Shown here piece by piece: positions 52,002 to 60,442 of a stretch of DNA of 60,442 bases (the stretch's first letter is position 1; each line of letters begins with the position of its first letter). The notes beneath the pieces were generated by a model. It was not told where the DNA came from and did not search any database. It worked only from the letters and a program-made list of their open reading frames with translations. The DNA is from Patescibacteria group bacterium. Its GTDB lineage: Bacteria > Patescibacteriota > Microgenomatia > UBA12405. The position numbers and the translations under genes are program-made. Location of the stretch: the NCBI GenBank assembly GCA_013387215.1, contig WARW01000001.1:185301-245742 (forward strand), written 5' to 3'.

Positions 52002-53690
52002 TTATTTCAATTTATTTTTTACAGCTTCCACAAAAGCCATAAATACTGGATGTGGTGTTAATGGTCTTGCGATATATTCTGGATGGAATTGGGTTGCCAC
52101 AAAGAATGGGTGGTTATCTAATTCAATCGCTTCCACTAATTTTCCATCTGGCGAGGTGCCTGAAATTACTAACCCTGCTTTTTCTAATCGCTCTCGATAT
52201 TCACTATTCACTTCATATCGATGTCGGTGTCTTTCAAAAATTACGCTTTCGTCTTTTTTAACTTCCACTTTAAAATTATTTTCAGTATTCCAAGGTGCGT
52301 CTTCATTTTTTCCATATTTTTTATAGGCATCAAATAATTTAGTTTTTGGAGTCAGTTTGCATGGCCAAGATCCTAATCGGATTGTCCCGCCATATTGTTT
52401 CTTTTTTAAATATTCTTTTTGATCTGGCATCACATGAACTACCGGGTATTTGGTCTTTTTGTCGACCTCCACTGAATTAGCGCCTTTTAATCCTGCCACA
52501 TTCCGGGCAAACTCAATCACTGCCATTTGCATTCCAAAACACAAACCCAAATATGGAATTTTATTTTCTCTGGCATATTTAACTGCCTTTATTTTCCCTT
52601 CAACTCCTCGGCTTCCCCAACCTTGTGGCACAACTATGCCGTCATATCCATCCAAACAAGTATTGTCTGTTTCAAAATCACAGCTATTTATCCAATGCAA
52701 TTCAGGTATTAATTTTTGGGACCAGGCTGCTTGCTTTAATGCTTCAATTACCGACACATAAGAATCAGTTAATTTATAGTCGCCGGTAGTAAAATATTTT
52801 CCTACCACCGCAATTTTTACCACATTCTTAGAATTTTCTTTATTTTCTACAAATTTATTCCATTTATCTAAATCGCCTGTGCTTGGTTTTATTTTCAGTT
52901 TAAGTTTTTTTCTTATTTTTTCTCCCAAATTTTGTTTTTCAAAATGTTTTGGTAATTCATAAACACTTTCGAGATCTGGATTGCTAATAATATATTCTTC
53001 ATTTAAGTTGCAAAAAACACCTAACTTTTCCTTTCTTTTATCATCAATTATTTTCTCGCTTCTGGCAATAATAAAATCTGGCTGAATTCCCATGGCGTTC
53101 AAAAGATGGGTAGACTGTTGGGCCGGCTTACTTTTTAGTTCACCAATATTTTTCAAAAAGGGAAGATAAGTCACATGAATTTGGATCACATCTTTTGGCT
53201 GTTTTAATCTCAATATTCTACTGGCTTCAAAAAATAGGCTGTTTTGATATTCACCCACAGTTCCACCAAGTTCGATTATTACTATATCTGCTTTATTAGA
53301 TTTACCTGCACATTTAATTCTGTTAATTATTTCATCGGTCACATGAGGTATAGCTTCCACATCCTCACCGCCATATCCAAAAGCTCTTTCTCTATCAATC
53401 ACAGCTTTGTAAACTTGTCCTGTTGTAATATAGTTCGACTTGTCTAATGACTCTCCAATAAATCTTTCATAGTTGCCCAAATCCTGATCAGTTTCCATCC
53501 CATCTTTAGTCACAAACACTTCACCGTGTTCTTGAGGTCTAATTGTCCCCGCATCGACATTTAAATACATATCGATTTTTATATTGGTTACTTTATAACC
53601 TTTGTTTTTTAAAACTAAACCAATAGCGGCCGCGGTAATGCCCTTTCCTAAACCGCTAACCACACCACCAGATACAAAAATATATTTCAT
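52002..53690 (-). CDS. pyrG: CTP synthase
   Basis: MKYIFVSGGVVSGLGKGI is the N-terminus. The glutaminase domain has GLCFGMQ and HRHRYEVN. TAAACT (rc of 53697-53702) lies 6 nt before the ATG. Confidence 0.95.
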   Translation of the reverse strand: MKYIFVSGGVVSGLGKGITAAAIGLVLKNKGYKVTNIKIDMYLNVDAGTIRPQEHGEVFVTKDGMETDQDLGNYERFIGESLDKSNYITTGQVYKAVIDRERAFGYGGEDVEAIPHVTDEIINRIKCAGKSNKADIVIIELGGTVGEYQNSLFFEASRILRLKQPKDVIQIHVTYLPFLKNIGELKSKPAQQSTHLLNAMGIQPDFIIARSEKIIDDKRKEKLGVFCNLNEEYIISNPDLESVYELPKHFEKQNLGEKIRKKLKLKIKPSTGDLDKWNKFVENKENSKNVVKIAVVGKYFTTGDYKLTDSYVSVIEALKQAAWSQKLIPELHWINSCDFETDNTCLDGYDGIVVPQGWGSRGVEGKIKAVKYARENKIPYLGLCFGMQMAVIEFARNVAGLKGANSVEVDKKTKYPVVHVMPDQKEYLKKKQYGGTIRLGSWPCKLTPKTKLFDAYKKYGKNEDAPWNTENNFKVEVKKDESVIFERHRHRYEVNSEYRERLEKAGLVISGTSPDGKLVEAIELDNHPFFVATQFHPEYIARPLTPHPVFMAFVEAVKNKLK

Positions 53691-53744
53691 GCTACCAGTT
53701 TAAGACAATAGTATTGATTTTCTATATCTGTCTTTTTACTAAAT

Positions 53745-55076
53745 TTAGTGGTTTAATGAAACGTATACCCACTTTTCAAGTGTCACTTGCCTGAAATCTG
53801 TCTCGGAAACTTTGTTGTAACCCAACTTTCTCAATTTAGCTTGATGGTCGAAACCATGAATTTCTTCGGCATATGGCACCACCACAATTTCTTTTTCATT
53901 CGGTTCTCTAGTTTTTATATCCTTAATTATTACATCCGGTCGGTAATATTTTATTGGATCCGCTACTGACTCAATAATATATAAAGCTTGAGTATTATTA
54001 AGAGTCGCTGACAAGCTTTTCCAATCTTCACGATGAAATGCCGGGTTAAAAAGATAAACCGCTAAAAAAATGCTAAAACCAGAGACCAAAATTATTCTTT
54101 GCCAAGTTTTATTTAAGGCTACAACTATTAAAATTCCCAAAATCGGAATCAAATATAAAAATCTAAAATAATCCATTAATGGTGAAAAAAGTGAAAAGAT
54201 AAAACCTAAAACAATCGGCACAATAAACAAAAATCCTAAAAATTTATTTTTTAAAGCTCCTTTTACTGCAAGTCCAAAAACAATTATTGCCCATATTCCG
54301 GAAATTAAATAATATAAGCTTTTTGGCAAAAAGCTAATTCTGCCAACACTAAACTTAAGAGGAATTAGTAAAAGATTTTTTAGATTTGCCTTTCCTAAAA
54401 CTGAGCTCCAATTAGTTACTGTTGCCAAAGCTACTTTAGAATTATGGAACTGAGTCCACAATAATGGTGATAAAACCAAAATAGCTAAAAGAATTCCAAT
54501 ATTGGTTGTAAAAAATAATTTTATTTTCTTTTTTGATAATAAATATAAAGCTTGGGCTGCTAATAAAAATATTGATCCATAGAAACAATTGAAACTTAAA
54601 AATCCAAAAATATTTATACCAATTATATTAATTAATTTTGGTTTATCTGCTTTGATTATTTTAATGAAATTATATAATCCGATAGTTAAAAACATAACTA
54701 CCATCGAGTACATTCTCACTTCTTGTGAATAATAAAAAAACAGGGGATTTATAGACAAAATTATCGCTGCCCACAAACCAGTATTTTTATTTTTTATACA
54801 TTTTCCGATAAGATATATAAAATATATTGTGACCACAGAAAAAATAATTGATGGTAGTCTCAATGAAACAATATTATTTCCAAATATTTTTTCCCATGCA
54901 TGTAAAAACATGTAATAAAATGGCGGATGAAAATCAGATGGAGAAAAAAGTTTAGGAATGTCTATAAAGTTATAAAATCTGCTTACATTAGCAGAGATAG
55001 CTTCATCCAGCCACAATGACTGGTTTATGGCTGCGAATCTTAAAAGAAAACTGGCAATTAAAATCAAAACTATCAT
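53745..55076 (-). CDS. ArnT/PMT-like (GT39/GT83-type) membrane glycosyltransferase
   Basis: About 11 TM helices with a first-loop LWLDEA acidic motif. The architecture is typical of dolichyl/undecaprenyl-phosphate-sugar transferases. Confidence 0.7.
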   Translation of the reverse strand: MIVLILIASFLLRFAAINQSLWLDEAISANVSRFYNFIDIPKLFSPSDFHPPFYYMFLHAWEKIFGNNIVSLRLPSIIFSVVTIYFIYLIGKCIKNKNTGLWAAIILSINPLFFYYSQEVRMYSMVVMFLTIGLYNFIKIIKADKPKLINIIGINIFGFLSFNCFYGSIFLLAAQALYLLSKKKIKLFFTTNIGILLAILVLSPLLWTQFHNSKVALATVTNWSSVLGKANLKNLLLIPLKFSVGRISFLPKSLYYLISGIWAIIVFGLAVKGALKNKFLGFLFIVPIVLGFIFSLFSPLMDYFRFLYLIPILGILIVVALNKTWQRIILVSGFSIFLAVYLFNPAFHREDWKSLSATLNNTQALYIIESVADPIKYYRPDVIIKDIKTREPNEKEIVVVPYAEEIHGFDHQAKLRKLGYNKVSETDFRQVTLEKWVYVSLNH

Positions 55077-55213
55077 AACCGAATTACACCTAATGATAAG
55101 AGGCCGTTAATAATCAAATACAGTCCAACTAACACCGACAAAAGTTTTGGATTAGTTAGTATTAAAATACCGAAGATTAACGAAATAATTGGGCTTATAT
55201 TGTGGATGTTCAT
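55073..55213 (-). CDS. DUF3096-like small membrane protein (46 aa), not in the ORF track
   Basis: MNIHNISPIISLIFGILILTNPKLLSVLVGLYLIINGLLSLGVIRL*. Its stop overlaps the ATG of the GT gene (ATGA). It starts 7 nt after the deacetylase stop. Confidence 0.6.
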   Translation of the reverse strand: MNIHNISPIISLIFGILILTNPKLLSVLVGLYLIINGLLSLGVIRL

Positions 55214-55220
55214 ATTCAAA

Positions 55221-56168
55221 TTATAATCCATAATTATTAAGCGGTGCGTTGCCCACTCTAATTCTTGGAAGGTCTAGATATTTTCCTTTGCACATTATGT
55301 TTCCATGGACAGTCGTAAATGCCATTGTATAGCCTTTCTCTTTTAAGACTTGTTCTGCGTTATTGCTTGATGGTCCATAAGGATAAGCAAATGATTTTAC
55401 TGAATTAAATCCGTGTTCATTTAATTGTTGATTCGCCATTCCAATTTCTTTTTCTTGTTCCTCTTTAGTTCCAGAAGAACTGTGGTGTGACCAAGTATGA
55501 TTGCCAAAACTTACCAAGTCTTTCATATTATTCATGTCTTGCCAGCTTAAATAGCCAGGATTATTTAAAAGACCAGTCGGAGTAAAAACGGTAGCGTGAA
55601 AACCAAATTGCTTTAAAATTGGATAAGCGTATTGATAATTGTCGTAATAGCCGTCATCCAGGGTAATCATTGCTGATTTATTGGGAATTTTATTTGTACC
55701 ATTAAAAAAACCTGCCAAATCTGATGGAGTTACTACCGAATAACCTTTATCTTTAAGATATTGCATGTGTTTTAAAAAGAATTCTGGAGTGGTTGTTAAA
55801 CCAGTTTGTTTTTTTGCTTTAGCATCGGCTTCTTCTTGAACATGATGATACATTAAGACACTCAATTTTACGCATGGGCCATATAAATTATTCATCTGTT
55901 CAAAACTTAATTTTGCTGAAGGTGAGGCTGTCGCGGAACTTGAAGCTGGCAAAGTGGCTGATGATGTTGAAACTAAATTATTATTGACAATTGTTGGCGT
56001 AGCTATTAAGGCTTTAACTTGTGTCTTAATTTGGGATAAATTATTTTTAAGTCTTGTTTTATGTAAACTCAATTTGCCTTCAACCAGCTCTTTGGATATT
56101 AATAGTGTCATGAAAATCGTTACAATTACAGCTGGAACTATTAGTATATATAACGATTTATTTCGCAT
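55221..56168 (-). CDS. Polysaccharide deacetylase (NodB homology, CE4)
   Basis: N-terminal TM helix, the ITLDDGYYDNY (TFDDG) motif, HTWSH as a His-His metal motif, and AYPYG. Confidence 0.85.
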   Translation of the reverse strand: MRNKSLYILIVPAVIVTIFMTLLISKELVEGKLSLHKTRLKNNLSQIKTQVKALIATPTIVNNNLVSTSSATLPASSSATASPSAKLSFEQMNNLYGPCVKLSVLMYHHVQEEADAKAKKQTGLTTTPEFFLKHMQYLKDKGYSVVTPSDLAGFFNGTNKIPNKSAMITLDDGYYDNYQYAYPILKQFGFHATVFTPTGLLNNPGYLSWQDMNNMKDLVSFGNHTWSHHSSSGTKEEQEKEIGMANQQLNEHGFNSVKSFAYPYGPSSNNAEQVLKEKGYTMAFTTVHGNIMCKGKYLDLPRIRVGNAPLNNYGL

Positions 56169-56204
56169 GATTTCCTGTAAATTGAATATTATATAATTAT
56201 ATCA

Positions 56205-57869
56205 ATGAACCCTCAAAAATACTGGGCTCCAAAAATTATTTCTCTTCTGGTTTTAATCTCAGGTTTTATTAATATTTACTCGTCATTTTATTCTCATTCC
56301 CCAATTAGAAACCGGATTTTGATGAATTTCTTTTCGATTGATTTTTTGAATTATTCAAGAACATTAACTATTTTGGCGGGTTTCTTATTGATTACTTTAT
56401 CTTTTGGTATTTCCAGCCGCAAAATTTCCGCCTGGTATTTAACAATTTTTACTCTCACATTATCTTTTATCCTTCATATATTTAAAGGTTTGGACATTGA
56501 AGAAGCATCCTTTGCTTTATTACTTTTAAGCCTTTTGTTTTTATATAGGCATCAATTTACTGTTCCTACCAGTAAAATCGCTGGTTTAACCCGTATTAGG
56601 ACCTTTTTATTTTCTTTAATTTTTTTAGTCGGTTATACCATTTTCGGTTTTCTTTTACTTAATGGGCAATTCCGTAATCCTGCTACTATTCAAAATGTTT
56701 ATTTAGATTATGAATTTACCTTTTTAAATATTGGTCATGACACTTTAATTCCAACCACTCATCGTGCCTTTTGGTTTGAAAATTCTATTTCCACTATCAC
56801 AATTGCTCTATTAATTTTTGCCTTTAGTTCCTTATTTGCACCTGCCAGTTGGTTTACTGCTGAATCTCCCGAAAGTCTTGGAAAAGTTAAAAAAATAATT
56901 TCTCACTTTGGGGTTAATCCTCTGTCATATTTTTCTTTAATGCCCGATAAAAAATACTATTTATCAAAAGATGGCACCAGTCTCGTTGCTTATAAAACTT
57001 CTTTAAACACAGCAGTAGTGCTTGGTGATCCAACAGGTCCTGCTCAAAAAATAAAGTCATTTTTAATCGAGCTTTTTGAAAACCTTTCTAAAAATGGTTT
57101 TGATGTAGTTTTTTACGAGACCACCAGAAGACATATCCGTTTATATAAAAAGTTGGGCATGAAAGTGCTCAAAATTGGGTACGATGCCATTATCAAAACA
57201 GATGATTTTTGTCTTAATGGTTCTGATATGAGAAATTTAAGGAAAGGTGTTATTCATGCTCAAAAATACGGTATTAAATTTTCTTGGTATACCATGGACA
57301 CTATCCCTTGGAAAATAATGTCTGCCGTGAGTTCGATGCACCATTGTCACGAAAACAAACATAAAAATATCAAAATGGGATTTTCCATGAATTATTTTCC
57401 GTTTCCTGCATATTCCGATGCGCTTCTTCTGGTGGCCGAAAGTCAAACTGGAGAAATTTTAGAAGTTTGCTCATTTTATCCTTATAAAAATAATAAAGGT
57501 ATGTTTTTAGACTTGACACTTCGATCTGAAAATTGCCCGAATGGAATTGGAGATGCCTGTATTGTTGAGGCTATAAATCACTTAAAGCTTTTGGGTGTTA
57601 AAGAAATTAGTCTTGGTTTTGCGGCAAAACTTGATAAAGATTCTATACCTGATTCTTCAACAGTTCAAAAGGGTCTAGAAGTATTTTTTAATTACTTTAA
57701 CCGTTTTTACAACTTCCAATCTATTTTTGCTTTTAAAAATAAATTCAAACCTGTGTGGATACCGCGTTATTTGGTGTATTCTAGCCACACTCAATTAGTT
57801 AAAGTTTCATTAGCACTCTTGCAGGTTCATAATTTAAAAAACGACAAAGCAAAAATTCTCAACCGCTGA
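56205..57869 (+). CDS. MprF-like aminoacyl-phosphatidylglycerol synthase (TM domain + DUF2156 C-terminal domain)
   Basis: About 6 TM helices. GTSLVAYKTSLNTAVVLGDPTGP and a C-terminal FKNKFKPVW are typical of the LPG synthase C domain. TATAAT (56192-97) lies 7 nt before the ATG. Confidence 0.75.
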   Translation: MNPQKYWAPKIISLLVLISGFINIYSSFYSHSPIRNRILMNFFSIDFLNYSRTLTILAGFLLITLSFGISSRKISAWYLTIFTLTLSFILHIFKGLDIEEASFALLLLSLLFLYRHQFTVPTSKIAGLTRIRTFLFSLIFLVGYTIFGFLLLNGQFRNPATIQNVYLDYEFTFLNIGHDTLIPTTHRAFWFENSISTITIALLIFAFSSLFAPASWFTAESPESLGKVKKIISHFGVNPLSYFSLMPDKKYYLSKDGTSLVAYKTSLNTAVVLGDPTGPAQKIKSFLIELFENLSKNGFDVVFYETTRRHIRLYKKLGMKVLKIGYDAIIKTDDFCLNGSDMRNLRKGVIHAQKYGIKFSWYTMDTIPWKIMSAVSSMHHCHENKHKNIKMGFSMNYFPFPAYSDALLLVAESQTGEILEVCSFYPYKNNKGMFLDLTLRSENCPNGIGDACIVEAINHLKLLGVKEISLGFAAKLDKDSIPDSSTVQKGLEVFFNYFNRFYNFQSIFAFKNKFKPVWIPRYLVYSSHTQLVKVSLALLQVHNLKNDKAKILNR

Positions 57870-57900
57870 CAACTAACTGATTTTTAAGGTAAACTTTTTT

Positions 57901-58572
57901 ATGAAACCTGTTATGTGCATCACTGGTGGGGCGGGCGGCTTAGGTCGGGGTATTGCTGCCTGTTTTTGCGACACCTATGATGTAGTTATTCTTGATCTTG
58001 AATATAAAACTTTATCACTTGTTGCTAAAAAACTTGATTGCGATTTTCAGCTTTGTGATGTCACTGATTTTTTATCGGTTGAAAATGCTATCGAGTATGT
58101 CATAAAAAAATACCGTAAAATCGATTGTTTAATTAATGCTGCCGGTCTCTATATTGACGGTGAAATTGAAAAGAACGATCCCGAATTAATTAAAAAAGTT
58201 ATTGAAGTTAACAGTCTTGGTCCCATAAATCTTTGTCATTATGTTGTGCCATACATGAAAAAACACAAAACCGGAACCATCATTAATATCAATTCCACTG
58301 CAGGTCTTCATCCCAAAGCTTTAAATTCGGTTTATCACGCTTCTAAATGGGCTTTGACTGGTTTTACCCAATCTCTTCAAGCCGAAGTCTCCTCATCAGG
58401 TATTAAGGTGACTGATATTAACCCAGGTGTTATGAACACTAAATTTACTTCGGGAACTAAAACCGACCTATCCCGCAGTATGGATATTCACGAAGTAATC
58501 AAAGCCATTGAATTTGTTTTGTCATTCGATAAAAATATTCACATTCCTGAAATTGTCATTAAACATCTTTAA
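57901..58572 (+). CDS. Short-chain dehydrogenase/reductase
   Basis: TGGAGGLG cofactor motif, NAAG, and the catalytic YHASK. Confidence 0.88.
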   Translation: MKPVMCITGGAGGLGRGIAACFCDTYDVVILDLEYKTLSLVAKKLDCDFQLCDVTDFLSVENAIEYVIKKYRKIDCLINAAGLYIDGEIEKNDPELIKKVIEVNSLGPINLCHYVVPYMKKHKTGTIININSTAGLHPKALNSVYHASKWALTGFTQSLQAEVSSSGIKVTDINPGVMNTKFTSGTKTDLSRSMDIHEVIKAIEFVLSFDKNIHIPEIVIKHL

Positions 58573-58628
58573 TTGACTTTGGCCTGTTTTATTTGTATTC
58601 TTACCTATTACCCAAATAAAACCCAAAT

Positions 58629-59792
58629 ATGGTAAATCATTTGTCTGAACCACTAGCTGCTTTGATCCGCCCCAAAAATCTAGACGAATTCGTTGGTCAA
58701 TCCCATTTGGTTGGTCCCGATAAACCTCTTCGTTTGGCTATTGCCAACCGTCAGATATTTTCCATGATTCTTTGGGGTCCTCCAGGCACCGGCAAAACCA
58801 CTTTAGCCCGAATTATTGCTAAAGAAGCGGGTCTGGAAATTTTTGAATTATCAGCTGTCTCGGCTGGAAAAGAAGATATTCGCAAAATAGTTGGTGATAA
58901 CACAAATTCTAGTTTATATAAAAAAGTCCTATTCCTAGATGAAATTCATCGCTTCAATAAAGCCCAGCAAGATTTTTTGTTGCCTTATGTTGAATCAGGT
59001 GCACTAACATTAATTGGAGCCACCACTGAAAATCCTAGTTTTGAAGTTATTTCACCGCTTCTTTCCCGTTGTCGGGTTTTTGTTTTAAAAGAACTGACCT
59101 CAGAAGACATTGAAAAAATTATTGACAGGGCACTAGAAAAACTTGAAGTAAAAATGCCTAAAGATGCCAAAGAATGGTTAATTACTCTTGCTAACGGTGA
59201 TGCTCGCCAGGCCTTAACCATGATCGATAATGCCTACACTTTATATGGCAAACTCAACAAAGAATCTCTCAAATCAACTCTCCAGAACACTTTTTTAAGA
59301 TACGACAAAAAAGGTGAGGATCACTATAACACCATTTCCGCTTTTATCAAAAGCATGCGGGCTTCAAATGTTGATGCTGCACTTTATTATTTGGCCCGTA
59401 TGGTCGCTGCTGGTGAAGACCCTAAATTTATTGCCCGCCGTATGGTGGTGTTTGCCTCTGAAGATATTGGCATTGCCAATTCTTCTGCTTTGATGCTAGC
59501 CAACCAAGTCTTTCAAGCTGTTACCACTATTGGTTATCCTGAGTGTCAGGAAAACCTGGCTCATGGCGTTGTTTATCTTGCGAAATCGCCTAAGGACAGG
59601 TCATCTTATAATGCTTATATGGAAGCCTTAAAAGATGCCAAAGAGCTTGGTAATCTTCCGATTCCTATGAGTCTGCACAATCCCGAAACCAAATTAATGG
59701 AAGAAGTTGGTTATGGCAAAGGATATGAAATGTATTCCAAAGAAAGTCTTCTTCCCGACAAAATAAAAAATAAAAAATATTTTAAGAAATAA
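58629..59792 (+). CDS. rarA: Replication-associated recombination protein A (AAA+ ATPase)
   Basis: GPPGTGKTT Walker A, LFLDEIHRF Walker B, a sensor region and the MgsA C-terminal domain (ALYYLARM). Confidence 0.92.
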   Translation: MVNHLSEPLAALIRPKNLDEFVGQSHLVGPDKPLRLAIANRQIFSMILWGPPGTGKTTLARIIAKEAGLEIFELSAVSAGKEDIRKIVGDNTNSSLYKKVLFLDEIHRFNKAQQDFLLPYVESGALTLIGATTENPSFEVISPLLSRCRVFVLKELTSEDIEKIIDRALEKLEVKMPKDAKEWLITLANGDARQALTMIDNAYTLYGKLNKESLKSTLQNTFLRYDKKGEDHYNTISAFIKSMRASNVDAALYYLARMVAAGEDPKFIARRMVVFASEDIGIANSSALMLANQVFQAVTTIGYPECQENLAHGVVYLAKSPKDRSSYNAYMEALKDAKELGNLPIPMSLHNPETKLMEEVGYGKGYEMYSKESLLPDKIKNKKYFKK

Positions 59793-59861
59793 TAATGAAA
59801 AATAAAAAATCAAAAAATATAAAAACAGATACCTACATTATTATTTACAATAAATATTTAA

Positions 59862-60332
59862 ATGATCGACAATAAAATTCACGTCCGCTTGCGTTTAATC
59901 ATTATTAAAAACGGAAAACTTTTGACTTCTTATTCCAAAAAACACGATTTTTATTTTTATATTGGCGGCCATTTGGAATTCGGTGAAACCATCAAAGACG
60001 GATGTATTCGGGAAATAAAAGAGGAATGTGGCGAAGATACAAATTTTGAATTTAAAAAAATTGTTTACATTCGTGATTTTATTTATCCTCAAGGTAAAGA
60101 TGATATTAATGACCATAGTGTGGAACTTTTTATTTTAGGGGACATCAATAAATTTGAAGAATTAGAAGGTCATTTAGATCCGCAACACCCAGACGGTTCC
60201 ATGTATTTATCATGGTTAGATATTAATAATCTGCCTCAAAATTTATATCCTCAAGAATTATCAAAAATAATTGTAGATGATTATCTTAGTGGTTTTACTA
60301 AAACCGGAGAATATGTCGGAGCCCTTAAATGA
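59862..60332 (+). CDS. NUDIX hydrolase
   Basis: The Nudix box is GGHLEFGETIKDGCIREIKEECG. Confidence 0.85.
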   Translation: MIDNKIHVRLRLIIIKNGKLLTSYSKKHDFYFYIGGHLEFGETIKDGCIREIKEECGEDTNFEFKKIVYIRDFIYPQGKDDINDHSVELFILGDINKFEELEGHLDPQHPDGSMYLSWLDINNLPQNLYPQELSKIIVDDYLSGFTKTGEYVGALK

Positions 60333-60442
60333 AACAGAAACCCGGTGAGTTTTCTAAAAAAGTTTGGGAACTGGCGCTAAAAATTCCACCTGGCCGCGTT
60401 ACTACCTATGGAGTCTTAACCGCCATGGCAGGCGGACACCCC
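60329..60442 (+). CDS. MGMT/Ogt-family DNA-binding domain protein (partial, runs off the window)
   Basis: MKQKPGEFSKKVWELALKIPPGRVTTYGVLTAMAGGHP matches the helix-turn-helix part preceding the PCHR site. It has an ATGA overlap with the NUDIX stop. Confidence 0.6.
   Translation, partial: MKQKPGEFSKKVWELALKIPPGRVTTYGVLTAMAGGHP

Noticed and set aside
59797-59877. 26-aa ORF (MKNKKSKNIKTDTYIIIYNKYLNDRQ) between rarA and the NUDIX gene
   Set aside because: It is very short, lies in lysine/asparagine-rich AT-rich spacer, has no -10 or SD at the proper distance, and overlaps the NUDIX start.
1-60442. Search for CRISPR arrays, tRNA/rRNA genes, transposases, integrases and prophage genes
   Set aside because: I saw no regularly spaced 25-40-nt repeats, no cloverleaf-capable GC-rich segments in the short spacers, and no DDE, tyrosine or serine recombinase motifs in any ORF. 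The only tandem repeats are short: the 10-mer aaatatatca x2 at 12101-12120 and the 18-mer at 9049-9105.
1-60442. Alternative genetic code (UGA recoding, as in some CPR lineages)
   Set aside because: Conserved genes (pflB, pyrG, rarA, queA) are full-length with standard stops, and several end in TGA at the expected position. Code 11 fits.

Overview
This is an AT-rich, densely coding 60.4-kb chromosomal window; I estimate roughly one-third GC from hand counts of a few lines. I call about 74 protein-coding genes on both strands, with short spacers and the standard genetic code. I found no rRNA, tRNA, CRISPR array, transposase or integrase.

The gene content suggests a reduced-genome Patescibacteria/CPR-like (Microgenomates-type) bacterium, but this is inference only. 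The basis is two sortases, DUF5667-like and bactofilin-like membrane proteins, many small secreted or membrane hypotheticals, fermentative pyruvate formate-lyase, and almost no biosynthesis.

Recognisable genes:
- Metabolism and housekeeping: pflA/pflB, GH130, GreA, acylphosphatase, QueA, PyrG, SDR, RarA, NUDIX, and an MGMT-like fragment at the window edge.
- Transport: ZIP transporter, atypical P-type ATPase, MscL, ABC exporter.
- Proteases and hydrolases: G1 (eqolisin) peptidase, HtrA-like protease, thermonuclease, two secreted glycoside hydrolases (one GH5+PA14), signal peptidase I fused to a CAP domain.
- Nucleic-acid functions: RRM RNA-binding protein, SRAP, Y-family polymerase, DEDD exonuclease, 2H phosphoesterase.
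- Regulation and stress: CsoR-family repressor with thioredoxin, a LiaF-like module, ChaB, and a two-component cluster at 36.7-40.9 kb plus two further kinases.
- Envelope: a cluster of ArnT/PMT-like GT, DUF3096, polysaccharide deacetylase and an MprF-like protein.

Items worth a second look:
1. A -10 hexamer sits 5-7 nt before the start codon at about 19 genes, which suggests pervasive leaderless mRNAs coexisting with a minority of strong-SD genes.
2. Four small ORFs are missing from the ORF track (8513-8683, 21674-21835, 32158-32322, 55073-55213).
3. One of these is a secreted PKTG-ending peptide translationally coupled to a sortase.
4. An eRF1/Pelota-like (baeRF-type) protein lies in an operon with two small membrane proteins.
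5. A leaderless small ORF overlaps a Y-family polymerase gene, behind a promoter that carries a TTCGGGT direct repeat.
6. An x-C-Q-C CsoR-family repressor is co-transcribed with thioredoxin, with a GC-rich palindrome at its start.
7. A TTCTTAC-N4-TTMTTAC direct-repeat motif recurs in several intergenic regions.
8. The P-type ATPase has CAD in place of CPC.
9. A secreted protein carries a 118-nt perfect internal duplication.

I cannot demonstrate a clear-cut new multi-gene system from sequence alone. The candidates above are hypotheses with stated tests.
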